Shown one piece after another: positions 1-9,396 of a stretch of 39,817 nt of DNA; position 1 is the first letter of the stretch; the number at the start of each line of letters is the position of its first letter. The notes below the pieces were generated by a model, which was not told where the DNA came from, did not search any database, and worked only from the letters and a program-made list of their open reading frames with translations. Source of the DNA: Actinomycetota bacterium (GTDB lineage Bacteria > Actinomycetota > Actinomycetes > S36-B12); assembly GCA_029977425.1 (NCBI GenBank), contig JAPOKX010000003.1, forward strand, positions 1-39,817. Reading direction: 5' to 3'. The translations under genes were made by a program, and so were the position numbers.

Positions 1-102
1 GTCTACGGGGTCGGCGCCCGTGCTCCGTCCCCAGGCCCTCGGCTTCCCCAGGGAGCGGGGCGGGACTTCCCTGGCAGGACCCCGGTGGCTCACCGTGACC
101 GG

Positions 103-618
103 ATGACCCTCGCTGCCTTAGCCCTGCCTCTCCTGCTGGCACTCGCGTCGAGCTCCCCCCTCGGCCTACCCGCCCGGGAGACCGCCTGGCGGCCTCCTGT
201 CACTCCGGTCGTGGTGGAAAGGCCCTTCGCGGCACCCGCAGGCCCCTACGCCGCCGGGCACCGCGGGGTCGACCTCACGGCGGATCCCGGCTCGGTCGTC
301 CGGGCCCCCGCTCCCGGAGTCGTGCGCGTCGCCGGTCGCGTCGCGGGCAAGGCCGTGGTGAGCATCGAGCACCCGCATCGCATCCTCGGCGGCACCGGCT
401 GGCGCACGACGTACGAAGGAGTCCTCGCCCACGTCGAGGCGGGTGACGCCGTCGATGCCGGCGACCCGATCGGCGTGGTGATCGCCCATGCGCACTCGCG
501 TGGCTTCCACTGGGGACTGAAGAACGGACGCGTGTACGCCGACCCGATGCTGCTGTTGCGACGCGCGGTGATCCTCAAGCCGCTCCGCGGTCAGGCCCGC
601 GGATGCGCCTGCTCGTAG
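103..618 (+). CDS. M23-family metallopeptidase (secreted, murein hydrolase-like)
   Basis: Hydrophobic N-terminus [18 protein letters not shown]; M23 motifs GHRGVDL and GFHWGL. ATG at 103 lies 6 nt after a -10-like CACCGT (the ORF track uses GTG 85). The 3' end overlaps the convergent xerC by 28 nt. Confidence 0.85.
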   Translation: MTLAALALPLLLALASSSPLGLPARETAWRPPVTPVVVERPFAAPAGPYAAGHRGVDLTADPGSVVRAPAPGVVRVAGRVAGKAVVSIEHPHRILGGTGWRTTYEGVLAHVEAGDAVDAGDPIGVVIAHAHSRGFHWGLKNGRVYADPMLLLRRAVILKPLRGQARGCACS

Positions 619-1517
619 GTCTTGCGCAGCCGCTCGACCGACACATGCGTGTAGACCTGGGTCGTCGCGAGGCTCTGATGGCCGAGGATCTCCTGTACGG
701 CGCGCAGGTCGGCGCCCCCTTCCAGCACGTGCGTGGCCGAGGTGTGGCGCCAGCCATGTGGCCCGATATCGGCCACTCCCTCGACCGCGCCGGCCGTGCG
801 GTGCACGACCGCGCGGACTGTCCGCGGGTCGATCCGCCCGCCGCGAGCACCGAGGAACGCCGCCGGTCCCGAGGTGTCCCTCACCAGCGCCGGCCGGCCC
901 TCAGCGAGCCAGGCCGCCAGGGCGCGCTCGGCGGGGACTCCAAAGGGCACGGTGCGCTCACGACCGCCCTTGCCGAGGACCCGTAGCGTGCGTCGCGTCC
1001 TGTCGATGTCGTCGATATCAAGGCCGACGAGCTCGCCCACGCGGATCCCCGTGGCATACAGCGTCTCGAGGATGGCCAGGTCGCGCAGACCGATAGGCGA
1101 GTCCGCCCCCTCGGCAGCAACCTCCAGCACCGCGCTCGCCTGATCGGCCGTGAGCACGGAGGGCAGGCGGTGGGCGCGCTTGGGGGACGCGAGCCGGGCG
1201 GCGACATCCGCGCTGAGGACCCCGCGCTGGACGGCCCACTCGGTGAAGACGCGGGCACTTGCCGCGCGGCGCGCGAGAGTGCTGCGCGAGAGTCCGCGCC
1301 GCTCCTGGTCCGCGAGCCACGCGCGCAGGGACAGCAGGCTGAGGTCACCGACGTAGGGCGTGCCGCGCTCTCGAGCGAAGTCGGCGAGCGCGTCGAGATC
1401 CCCGACGTAGGCGCGCACGGTGTGGTCGCTGCGCCCGAGCTCGAGGGAGAGGTGATCGCGGAAGCGCGCGATCACCTCGTCCCAGTCGCCCTCGGGCGGG
1501 GCAGCGGGTTCGGCCAC
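591..1517 (-). CDS. xerC: Tyrosine recombinase XerC
   Basis: Full catalytic set: R (GIRVGEL), K (GKG), HxxR (HGWRH), H (LGH), Y (TQVYTHV). Ends in YEQAHPRA. Usual position downstream of dprA. Confidence 0.93.
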   Translation of the reverse strand: MAEPAAPPEGDWDEVIARFRDHLSLELGRSDHTVRAYVGDLDALADFARERGTPYVGDLSLLSLRAWLADQERRGLSRSTLARRAASARVFTEWAVQRGVLSADVAARLASPKRAHRLPSVLTADQASAVLEVAAEGADSPIGLRDLAILETLYATGIRVGELVGLDIDDIDRTRRTLRVLGKGGRERTVPFGVPAERALAAWLAEGRPALVRDTSGPAAFLGARGGRIDPRTVRAVVHRTAGAVEGVADIGPHGWRHTSATHVLEGGADLRAVQEILGHQSLATTQVYTHVSVERLRKTYEQAHPRA

Positions 1518-1560
1518 TCCCCCATGCTGACGCCTGTGGCCGCTCCCGCCGGTGACCGAC

Positions 1561-2700
1561 TCACGCGGCGCGGCGTGCCCAGCCTTCCCCGGCGCGCTGC
1601 ACGAGCCCCAGCGCGTCCAGGGTGCCGAGGGCGGTCATGGCCTCCGCGAGCCCGAGGCCGGCCAGCCGAGCGATGCTCACCAGGGGTGCGGGGCGACGCG
1701 CGGGCACCGCATCGAGAACGCGGCGCTCGCGCCAGCCCAGGTCCTCGTCGTCCGCACAGCCCTGGTCATCGCTCGTCAGCCTGCCCTCCACCAGGGCGAG
1801 GACCTCGCGCGGCGACGTGACCAGCTGAACTGCCTCGTCGCGAATCACCGCATGACAGCCGGCAGACATGGGCGAGGTCACGGGACCAGGGAATGCCATC
1901 ACGACGCGATTCAGCGCGCGGGCCTCGCGCACGGTCGAGCGCCCGCCCGAACGCAGGGCGGCTTCGACGAGCACGCTGCCCCTGCTCAGCGCCGCGATCA
2001 GTCGATTGCGCGTGAGGAAGCGATGACGCATCGCCGCACCACCGAGGGGCGCCTCGCTGATGAGCACCCCTGAGTCCCGGATGCGCGCAAGGAGGTCGGC
2101 ATGCGAGCGGGGGTAGGGCACGTCAACACCTCCGGCAAGCACGCACGCGGTGGCGCCATTCACGGCGAGGGCACCTCGATGCGCAGCAGCGTCGATCCCG
2201 AAGGCCCCGCCCGAAACAGTGAGCCAGTCGCTCTCGGCGAGGTGGGCGCCGAGCTCACGTGCGATTCCCTCGCCGTATGCGGTGGCCGAGCGCGCGCCGA
2301 CGACCGAAATCGACCGCAGGGCGAGCAGGCGAAGGTCGCCCGCACCCGCGAGCCACAGGCCCAGGGGCGCCGCGTCACGAAGGTCGTCGAGCTGCGAGGG
2401 CCACTCGAGGTCTCCCGGCACGACGTAGCGCGCCCCGATCCGCTCGGCGGCGATCCAGGCAGGCTCGACCCAACGACGGATCGCCGCGTCGTAGGTCGTG
2501 CCGCTGGGGACACGGGCGCCAATGCCGGTGGATGCGGGCAGCGGCGAATGCCCCGCGAGCGCTTCCTCGACCACGGTGTGCGCGCCCCGCTCGCGCACGC
2601 GCGCCCCCAGGGCCTGATCCCCCGCTTCGCACCACTGCGAGAGGAGGAGTCGCGCGCATCGATCGGTCTCCACAGGAGCACCGTCGTTCAGGACGCCCAT
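1561..2700 (-). CDS. dprA: DNA-processing protein DprA
   Basis: [45 protein letters not shown] motifs and a C-terminal winged helix. ATG 2700 has a GGGGAGGG SD and overlaps the end of comM. Confidence 0.93.
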   Translation of the reverse strand: MGVLNDGAPVETDRCARLLLSQWCEAGDQALGARVRERGAHTVVEEALAGHSPLPASTGIGARVPSGTTYDAAIRRWVEPAWIAAERIGARYVVPGDLEWPSQLDDLRDAAPLGLWLAGAGDLRLLALRSISVVGARSATAYGEGIARELGAHLAESDWLTVSGGAFGIDAAAHRGALAVNGATACVLAGGVDVPYPRSHADLLARIRDSGVLISEAPLGGAAMRHRFLTRNRLIAALSRGSVLVEAALRSGGRSTVREARALNRVVMAFPGPVTSPMSAGCHAVIRDEAVQLVTSPREVLALVEGRLTSDDQGCADDEDLGWRERRVLDAVPARRPAPLVSIARLAGLGLAEAMTALGTLDALGLVQRAGEGWARRAA

Positions 2701-4205
2701 GCGAGCCCTCCCCCGCGCAGGACCATCGCACCCGCCACATGATCCGCACCCGGTTGAGCGGCGGCGTCGAGGTCCGCGAGTGTCCATGCCACGCGCAAGA
2801 CCCGATCGGCACCGCGCATGCTCAGCGAGCCGCGCGCGAACGCCGAGCGCAGCAGTCGCGCACCCGCTTCGTCAGGCGGCCGACGATCCCGAAGGACTGA
2901 ACCCGGGGCCTCTGCATTGACGCGCCAGTCCACCCCCTCGGATGCCCATCGCGTGGCTGCCCTGACCCGAGCCTCGGCCACCCGATCAGCGACGACGGCG
3001 GTCGACTCGCCCGCATCACCGATCTGCGCGAGGCTCGGCTTCTCCAGCGATACGCGCAGGTCGACCCTGTCCATCAAGGGGCCTGACATCTTCGCGGCGT
3101 AGCGTCGACGCTCCATCGGCGAGCACACGCAGGCCGCATCCATGCCCAGTCCTTTGCCGCAGGGGCACGGATTGGCCGCGATCACCAGCGCGAAGCGCGC
3201 AGGGAGCACCCCTGAGATGTCCGCGCGCGCGATACGCACTTCCCCGCTCTCGAGAGGCTGGCGCAGGGCATCCAGGACCGAGCGAGCGAACTCCGGCGCC
3301 TCGTCGAGGAAGAGGACGCCCCGGTGGGCGAGCGTCGCGGCACCGATGCGCAGCCGCCCTCCCTGTCCACCGCCGACGATTGCCGTCATGGATGCCGAGT
3401 GGTGTGGTGCCTGGAAGGGGACGCGTCGGACCAGGCCACGGGGATCGAGACCAGCGGCCGACTGTATGGCGGTCACTTCGAGAGCAGTCGCATCGTCCAG
3501 GGGCGGAATGAGGCCGGGGAGCCTTTCGGCGAGCAGGGTCTTGCCTACGCCGGGCACCCCGATCATGGCGAGGTGATGCCCGCCCGCAGCCGCGACCTCG
3601 AGCGCGCGACGCGCCTCCGACTGTCCGCGCACGTCCGCCAGGTCAGGCGGGTGTGGTGCGGACACGAGCCCGTCGCGCGCCGCGCCCTCGGGCTCCGCTT
3701 CCCCACGGAGCACGCGGACGAGATGCGACAGGTCGCGCACGCCCCCGGCATCGACACCCGGCACCAGGGTGGCCTCGCCGACGCCCGCTGCCGGGACGAG
3801 CAGTCGTACGGCGCGCCCCTGGACCGCGAGAGCGGCCGCGATTCCGCCGGCCACGGGGTGAATGCGGCCGTCGAGCCCCAGCTCGCCGAGGACGCAGGAC
3901 CCCGCGGCCGCGGCCTCCGGGAGTTGCTGCGAGGCGGCGAGGATCGCCACGGCAATGGCGGCATCGAGCGAGGAGCCGCGCTTGGGCAGGGATGCAGGCA
4001 GGAGCGCGACGGTGACACGCGTGCGCGGCCACTCGAAACCGCTGTGCTCGATGGCCGCACGCACGCGATCGCGGGACTCGCTGACCGCGGTATCCGCGAG
4101 TCCCACGATGGTGAGGCCCGGGAGCCCCGAACTGACATCCGCCTCCACGTCGACGATCCGCGCGGCCACGCCCACGATCACGGCCGTGCGGCATCGTGCC
4201 ACCAC
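2688..4205 (-). CDS. comM: YifB/ComM family Mg-chelatase-like AAA+ ATPase
   Basis: IVGLADTAVSESRDRVRAA, Walker A GVPGVGKT, PFQAPHH, LFLDEAPEF, ANPCPCG, SGPLMDRVD. GTG start overlaps the yraN stop (TAGTG). Confidence 0.92.
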   Translation of the reverse strand: MVARCRTAVIVGVAARIVDVEADVSSGLPGLTIVGLADTAVSESRDRVRAAIEHSGFEWPRTRVTVALLPASLPKRGSSLDAAIAVAILAASQQLPEAAAAGSCVLGELGLDGRIHPVAGGIAAALAVQGRAVRLLVPAAGVGEATLVPGVDAGGVRDLSHLVRVLRGEAEPEGAARDGLVSAPHPPDLADVRGQSEARRALEVAAAGGHHLAMIGVPGVGKTLLAERLPGLIPPLDDATALEVTAIQSAAGLDPRGLVRRVPFQAPHHSASMTAIVGGGQGGRLRIGAATLAHRGVLFLDEAPEFARSVLDALRQPLESGEVRIARADISGVLPARFALVIAANPCPCGKGLGMDAACVCSPMERRRYAAKMSGPLMDRVDLRVSLEKPSLAQIGDAGESTAVVADRVAEARVRAATRWASEGVDWRVNAEAPGSVLRDRRPPDEAGARLLRSAFARGSLSMRGADRVLRVAWTLADLDAAAQPGADHVAGAMVLRGGGLAWAS

Positions 4206-4570
4206 TACGCCACCCCGCGCAGGTGCTCGAGGCTCGGGGCGCCGGAGCGGCTCAGCAGGATGCCGATGACATCGATGCGCACCTCGCGCGCATGATGGTC
4301 GTGGGCACGCATCCACGCGCCTGCCAGGGCACGCAAGCGCCGCAGCTTGCGGGGAGTGACAGCGGCGAGAGGGGATCCGAAGTCTTCCGAGCTACGCGTC
4401 TTGACCTCGCAGATGACGATGGTGTCGTGCGCCACGTCGCCGGCGACGATGTCAATTTCGCCCTCTCTGCATCGCCAGTTGCGGTCGATGACGGTGAGCC
4501 CGAGCCTCTCGAGGTGGCGCACCGCCAGATCCTCGCCCCAGCGACCGCGTTGCAGATGCTGCGTGCCCAT
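4205..4570 (-). CDS. yraN: YraN family putative PD-(D/E)xK nuclease
   Basis: GRWGEDLA, RNWRCREGEIDIVA, CEVKTR, RIDVIG motifs; GGAGGGAG SD. Confidence 0.92.
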   Translation of the reverse strand: MGTQHLQRGRWGEDLAVRHLERLGLTVIDRNWRCREGEIDIVAGDVAHDTIVICEVKTRSSEDFGSPLAAVTPRKLRRLRALAGAWMRAHDHHAREVRIDVIGILLSRSGAPSLEHLRGVA

Positions 4571-4663
4571 GCCACTCCCTCCGCGGGCCGGCGGCCCTCG
4601 GGGTCAGGGTGGCTGCACGCGCCCGACGGAACGACGTGTCGAAGGAGCCTGGGGATAGGTCCT

Positions 4664-5302
4664 TCAGCCTGACGCTGTGGACACCCCCGGGAGCCTCCAG
4701 CTGACCCGATGCCACGGCGAGGGCCCATGGCGCTCGAGTGCAGCGATGTGCTCGGGTGCTGCGTACCCCTTGTTGCCGCTCCAGCCGTACCCCGGGCACT
4801 GCTCATCGAGAGCCACCATGTGCGCATCCCTCGTGACCTTGGCGATGATGCTCGCCGCGGCAACCGCCGCGCACGTGGCATCCGCCTGGATGCGCGTCAC
4901 CACCTGGGAGCCGGGCGCGACTCGCGAGATCCAGTCGTGCTTGCCGTCGAGGAGCACGAGGTCGGGACGCACGCCCGTCGCGTTGAGCGCTCGGGCCGCC
5001 GCGAGGGCGAGTGCGCCGATGATCCCGATCGAGTCGATCTCCACGGATGAGGCCATGCCCACCGCGCTTCGATTCGCCCAGGCTCGCACGCGCGGCGCAA
5101 GGCGTTCCCGCGTCGCCCTGTCGCATTCCTTGCTATCGCGCACTCCCTGCGGCGCCGCAGCGGAAGCCGCGTCGATGATGACCACGCCCACGGCAACGGG
5201 TCCCGCGAGCGCACCGCGGCCAACCTCGTCGACGGCGGCGAGGACCGCGCCCGGACGCGCTTCGCGCAACAGTGCACGTTCGACACGGAGGGTGACCGCC
5301 AT
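4664..5302 (-). CDS. rnhB: Ribonuclease HII
   Basis: DEVGRGALAGP, RDSK, LLDG, AAASIIAKVTRD, NKGY and HRVSW motifs. Start trimmed to ATG 5302 (MAVTLRVE). Confidence 0.93.
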   Translation of the reverse strand: MAVTLRVERALLREARPGAVLAAVDEVGRGALAGPVAVGVVIIDAASAAAPQGVRDSKECDRATRERLAPRVRAWANRSAVGMASSVEIDSIGIIGALALAAARALNATGVRPDLVLLDGKHDWISRVAPGSQVVTRIQADATCAAVAAASIIAKVTRDAHMVALDEQCPGYGWSGNKGYAAPEHIAALERHGPSPWHRVSWRLPGVSTASG

Positions 5303-5310
5303 GGAGCGCC

Positions 5311-5934
5311 TCAGCCCACTGGACCTCGGGGCGGCCAGGCCACGAGGACGACGCGCCCGAGCACGTCGTCGGCCGCGAGGGTCCCGTCGCCGGTACCGAG
5401 CAGGGCGCGGCTGTCGCGCGCTGTCGCCCGGTCGTCCGCGAGGACGAAGACCCTCCCCTTCGGCACGGTGACGTCGAAGTCGACCTGGTCGGTGGCACCG
5501 GCGACGTAAGGCTCGTCGAGAGGAGCCCCGTCGATGGTGATCCGCCCGGCACCATCGCAGCAGACCACGCGCTGCCCGCCGACGGCGATGATGCGGGCGA
5601 CTGAGGTGTCGGAGGGGGTAGCCCACCCCTCGGGGGTGCGCACCATCACGACGTCCCCGCTCGCGGGCTCGCCCCATGCCGTCACGACCACGCGATCGCC
5701 CGCCGAGAGCGTCGGCTCCATGGCGTCATCCGCGACGTGCGCCACCTGGCCGACGACCAGCCTGGCGATGATGAGGAACGCCACGACGATCGCAGCGACG
5801 ATTCCCGCCTCGCGCGCGACGCGTACAGCCCACTGGCCAGCCGAGCGCTTGGGCCGGGGCGCGGCGTGACGGCCCCGAACGACCGGGATGGGCTGGGTGT
5901 CCTCGTCGGGGCGGCGAACCGACGGCACGGTCAC
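5311..5934 (-). CDS. Signal peptidase I (S26) paralogue, predicted catalytically inactive
   Basis: One TM segment and S26 landmarks (MEPTL.AGDRV, VGGQRVVCCD, LDEPY, VPKGRVFVL, RDSR, VLGR). Box B reads DDAM instead of SGSM; box D reads VAR instead of IKR. GTG overlaps the lepB stop. Confidence 0.85.
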   Translation of the reverse strand: MTVPSVRRPDEDTQPIPVVRGRHAAPRPKRSAGQWAVRVAREAGIVAAIVVAFLIIARLVVGQVAHVADDAMEPTLSAGDRVVVTAWGEPASGDVVMVRTPEGWATPSDTSVARIIAVGGQRVVCCDGAGRITIDGAPLDEPYVAGATDQVDFDVTVPKGRVFVLADDRATARDSRALLGTGDGTLAADDVLGRVVLVAWPPRGPVG

Positions 5935-6695
5935 GGCGTGGATCCGGACCCGTCTAGGGCCGGCTGCTCGAAGGTCTGCGGGATCTCGAGGATCTGGGCG
6001 TTGCCGAGTGGCCAGACAACGGCGAAGGCACGGCCGATGACTCGGTCGACCGGGACGAAGCCGCCCCCCGGGTCGCCCATGTGGGATCGCGAGTCGGCCG
6101 ACGCCGATCGGTGGTCGCCCATGACCCAGAGGGTCCCCTCGGGGACGAGGACATCGAAGGGTTGCTTGCTCGGCGGATTGTTGCGATAGAGGTAGGCCTC
6201 CTCGTCGAGCGGAACGCCGTTGACGGTGATCCGCCCATCGACGTCGCAGCAGACGACCCGGTCGCCCCCCACTCCGATCACGCGCTTGATGAAGTCCGTG
6301 TCGCGCGGTGGCGCGAGTCCGACGATCTCGCCGAGCAGGCGGCCGACGACCTCGACGGGCGAGCGATCGGGTTCGACGATGTCGCCAGTGATGAAGGAGC
6401 CTGTGCCATCGAAGACGATGACATCGCCGCGCTCGATCGGGCGTAGGTGGTAGACGACCTTGTTGACGAGAACGCGGTCACCCACCTGGAGGGTGTCCTC
6501 CATCGAGCCCGAGGGAATGTAGAACGCCTGGACCAGGAAGGTCTTGACGACGAAGGCGACGAGGAACGCCCCCACGATGAGCAGGGGGAACTCCAGCCAA
6601 GCCGGGATGCGCGGACGCTTGCGATCCTGTGGCGACACGCCCTCGGACGCGTCTCGGTCCACGTGGGTTCCTTCGCGCGGACCCGTCTCGCTCAT
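5931..6695 (-). CDS. lepB: Signal peptidase I
   Basis: IPSGSMEDTL (catalytic Ser), FIKRVIG (catalytic Lys), MGDHRSASADSR; one TM segment; follows rplS. Confidence 0.95.
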   Translation of the reverse strand: MSETGPREGTHVDRDASEGVSPQDRKRPRIPAWLEFPLLIVGAFLVAFVVKTFLVQAFYIPSGSMEDTLQVGDRVLVNKVVYHLRPIERGDVIVFDGTGSFITGDIVEPDRSPVEVVGRLLGEIVGLAPPRDTDFIKRVIGVGGDRVVCCDVDGRITVNGVPLDEEAYLYRNNPPSKQPFDVLVPEGTLWVMGDHRSASADSRSHMGDPGGGFVPVDRVIGRAFAVVWPLGNAQILEIPQTFEQPALDGSGSTP

Positions 6696-6734
6696 GATCG
6701 TCCGACAGTACAGCTTGGGACCCGCGCTACGACC

Positions 6735-7100
6735 TCACTCCGCGTTGGCGGGCGTGGTGTCGCGCAGCTCCTTGATCTTGGCGGCCTTGCCGCGAAGGCT
6801 GCGCAGGTAGTAGAGCTTGGCGCGGCGCACGTCGCCACGGGACACGAGCTCGACCTTGTCGATGATCGGAGTGTGCAGCGGGAAGGTGCGCTCCACGCCG
6901 ACGCCGTAGGAAACCTTGCGCACGGTGAATGTCTCGCGGACGCCATCACCCGCACGACCGATCACGACGCCCTGGAAGACCTGGACGCGAGTCTTGTTTC
7001 CTTCGACGACCTTGACGTGCACCTTGACGGTGTCACCGGGACGGAAGTCGGGAATGTCGGTGCGGAGGGAGGCGGAGTCGAGATCGTCGAGTGTCTGCAT
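6735..7100 (-). CDS. rplS: 50S ribosomal protein L19
   Basis: [41 protein letters not shown]. Start at ATG 7100 with an AGGAAG SD. Confidence 0.98.
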   Translation of the reverse strand: MQTLDDLDSASLRTDIPDFRPGDTVKVHVKVVEGNKTRVQVFQGVVIGRAGDGVRETFTVRKVSYGVGVERTFPLHTPIIDKVELVSRGDVRRAKLYYLRSLRGKAAKIKELRDTTPANAE

Positions 7101-7263
7101 GGCGCAATCGCTTCCTGCCGGCGCCACAGGTCGCCCGCGGTCGATCCATCCCGTCGGGATGGCACGGCTCCCCACCCGGGACCGGGCGGGAGAAGCGCTT
7201 CCTACGGCCGGCCCCCTGTGGCGGGCCGGCCCCCTTCACGGGCGGGAGCGCCCCGAAAGTGTG
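7101..7263 (-). promoter_or_regulatory. rplS promoter (extended -10, TGTGG-CACACT) and structured 5' leader
   Basis: -10-like CACACT at 7263-7258. Hairpins at 7206-7231 and 7117-7138, among others, with complementary loops. Confidence 0.6.
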
Positions 7264-7301
7264 CCACACGCCTGCCGCAGGGCCCGAATCGAGGGGCTGG
7301 C

Positions 7302-8000
7302 CTACTCCTCGGGGACCCCCGGCCTCATGCGCCTCGTGCGCTCGAGCGCCTGCTCGCGACGCCACGCGGCGATGCGCGCGTGATCGCCGGAGAGGAGGAT
7401 TCCGGGCACCTCATGGCCTCTCCAGGAAGGTGGGCGCGTGTAGACGGGGCCCTCGAGGAGACCCTCCATGGCTCCCGGTGCGAACGAGTCGTCGGTGATG
7501 CTCTCTTCGTTGCCGACGACGCCGGGAAGCAGGCGCGCGACCGCCTCGACGATCGCCAGTGCGGCCACCTCGCCACCGGCAAGCACGTAGTCGCCCAGGG
7601 AGACCGGCACCACCTCGGCTCGGTCGGCGTACTCCTCGGCGACGCGCGCATCGATTCCCTCGTAGCGGCCACAGGCGATGATCATGCCCGGTCGCTGAGC
7701 CCAGTCGATGGCGATGGCCTGCGTGAGGGGCGTGCCCGACGGCGTGGGGATGACGACCAGCGGCTGCGCGTGCTCAGGAAGGATTGCGTCGAGCGCCTCG
7801 CCCCAGGGCTCGGGGCGCATGACCATGCCGGGCCCGCCGCCGTAGGGCTCGTCGTCGACGGTGCGATGGCGGTCGTGCGTGTGGTCGCGCAGGTCGTGGA
7901 CTCGGATGTCGAGGATCCCCTGCTCGCGCGCCTTGCCGACCAGGGAGAGTTCGAGAGGGGCGAGGTAGTCGGGGAAGATCGTGACGATGTCGATCCTCAC
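7302..8000 (-). CDS. trmD: tRNA (guanine37-N1)-methyltransferase
   Basis: [49 protein letters not shown]. Confidence 0.97.
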   Translation of the reverse strand: MRIDIVTIFPDYLAPLELSLVGKAREQGILDIRVHDLRDHTHDRHRTVDDEPYGGGPGMVMRPEPWGEALDAILPEHAQPLVVIPTPSGTPLTQAIAIDWAQRPGMIIACGRYEGIDARVAEEYADRAEVVPVSLGDYVLAGGEVAALAIVEAVARLLPGVVGNEESITDDSFAPGAMEGLLEGPVYTRPPSWRGHEVPGILLSGDHARIAAWRREQALERTRRMRPGVPEE

Positions 8001-8521
8001 GAGGATTCCTCTTCGACGTCGAGGAGTCCCGCGGGCGGCCTGATGACGACGCGCCCGGTGTCGAGGTCGACCTCGGGCACGATCTCCACCACGAAGGGGA
8101 CGAGGATCTCCGGTGCGTCGGGAGCGGCCCGTACGGCGAGGACGTCCTGGCCCGGGAGATGGAGCACCTCGGTCACCGCGCCGACGCGCTCCCCCGCCTC
8201 CGTGACGACCTCCAGGCCGACAAGGGCATCGTCGTAGTACTCGTCGGGGTCCTCAGGTCGCTCGTCGTCACTACGTTCGGCTTCGAGCATGAGTCCCGTG
8301 AGCGCCTCGGCGGCGGTGCGGTCATCGATGCCGGCGAAGTGCAGGCAGAGCCGGCCTCCGTGCGGGCGATCCGACTCGATGCGCAGGATCCGGTCGCTGC
8401 CCATGACGAAGACATCGATTCCCGCGGCAAGGCGACGCTCCGGCTCGTCCGTGAGGACATCGACGAGGACGTCGCCCTTGACCCCCAGCGCGCGGCCCAC
8501 GCGAGCGACCACGACCCGCAT
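7997..8521 (-). CDS. rimM: Ribosome maturation factor RimM
   Basis: [36 protein letters not shown]...PPAGLL; located in the rpsP-khpA-rimM-trmD operon. Confidence 0.95.
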   Translation of the reverse strand: MRVVVARVGRALGVKGDVLVDVLTDEPERRLAAGIDVFVMGSDRILRIESDRPHGGRLCLHFAGIDDRTAAEALTGLMLEAERSDDERPEDPDEYYDDALVGLEVVTEAGERVGAVTEVLHLPGQDVLAVRAAPDAPEILVPFVVEIVPEVDLDTGRVVIRPPAGLLDVEEESS

Positions 8522-8528
8522 GGCGGTG

Positions 8529-8768
8529 TCAGCGTTCGTCGACGTCGAGGAAATCGATCCGCACGTGACCGTCGCGCGAGATCGCCGAGACGACGGTGCG
8601 CAGGGCGGTCGCGGTGCGGCCGGAGCGGCCGATCACGCGGCCCATGTCCTCGGGGTGCACGCGGACTTCGAGGGACCGGCCGCGACGGCCCGTGCGCTCG
8701 CGCACGGCGACGTCATCGGGGTGGTCGACGATGCCACGCACGAGGTGCCCCAGGGCGTCCTCGAGCAT
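8529..8768 (-). CDS. khpA: KH-domain RNA-binding protein KhpA
   Basis: 79 aa: MLEDALGHLVRGIVDHPDDV...DMGRVIGRSGRTA (KH GxxG loop). ATG lies 1 nt after the rpsP stop. Confidence 0.93.
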   Translation of the reverse strand: MLEDALGHLVRGIVDHPDDVAVRERTGRRGRSLEVRVHPEDMGRVIGRSGRTATALRTVVSAISRDGHVRIDFLDVDER

Positions 8769-8769
8769 G

Positions 8770-9396
8770 TCAGGCCTCGGTGGACTCGGCCGCGGCCTCG
8801 ACGGCCTCGGCGACGGCCTCATCCGCAACGACTGCAGCGGCGTCGGCGACAGCATCGGCCTCGACGGCAGCCTCGACGGCGGCCTCGGCCTCCGCGGCGC
8901 TGACCTCGCCGGCATTGGCCTCGGCGATCTCGACGATGGCCTCGGCCTCGGCGAGCACGGCGTCGTCAGCAGCGGCAACAGCGACAGCTTCGGCGACAGC
9001 GGCGTCGGCAACCTTCTCGGCAACCTTGCGCGGCGTCGGCGTCTTGGGCTCGTCGGCAGCCTGCTTGACGGCAGCCTCGTATGCGACGACCTTGGACTCC
9101 TTGGGCGCAGCGACCTTGAGGGTGCCCTCCTGGCCCGGCAGTCCCTTGAACTTCTGCCAGTCGCCGGTGATCTTCAGCAGCACGAGGACAGCATCGGTGG
9201 GCTGGGCGCCGACCTTCAGCCAGTGCTGGGCGCGATCGGAATCGATCTCGATGAGGCTGGGATCCTGCATCGGCTGGTAGACGCCGATCTCCTCGATCGC
9301 GCGGCCGTCGCGCTTGGTGCGCGAGTCGGCGACGATGACGCGGTACTGGGGGGCGTGGACCTTGCCCACGCGCTTCAACTTGATCTTGACGGCCAC
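8770..9396 (-). CDS. rpsP: 30S ribosomal protein S16 with long acidic C-terminal tail
   Basis: (M)[41 protein letters not shown] start at 9396. Confidence 0.97.
   Translation of the reverse strand: MAVKIKLKRVGKVHAPQYRVIVADSRTKRDGRAIEEIGVYQPMQDPSLIEIDSDRAQHWLKVGAQPTDAVLVLLKITGDWQKFKGLPGQEGTLKVAAPKESKVVAYEAAVKQAADEPKTPTPRKVAEKVADAAVAEAVAVAAADDAVLAEAEAIVEIAEANAGEVSAAEAEAAVEAAVEADAVADAAAVVADEAVAEAVEAAAESTEA

Noticed and set aside
591-1517. Tyrosine recombinase as an integrase of a mobile element
   Set aside because: Size, motifs and dprA linkage indicate housekeeping XerC; no att repeats or cargo genes are visible.
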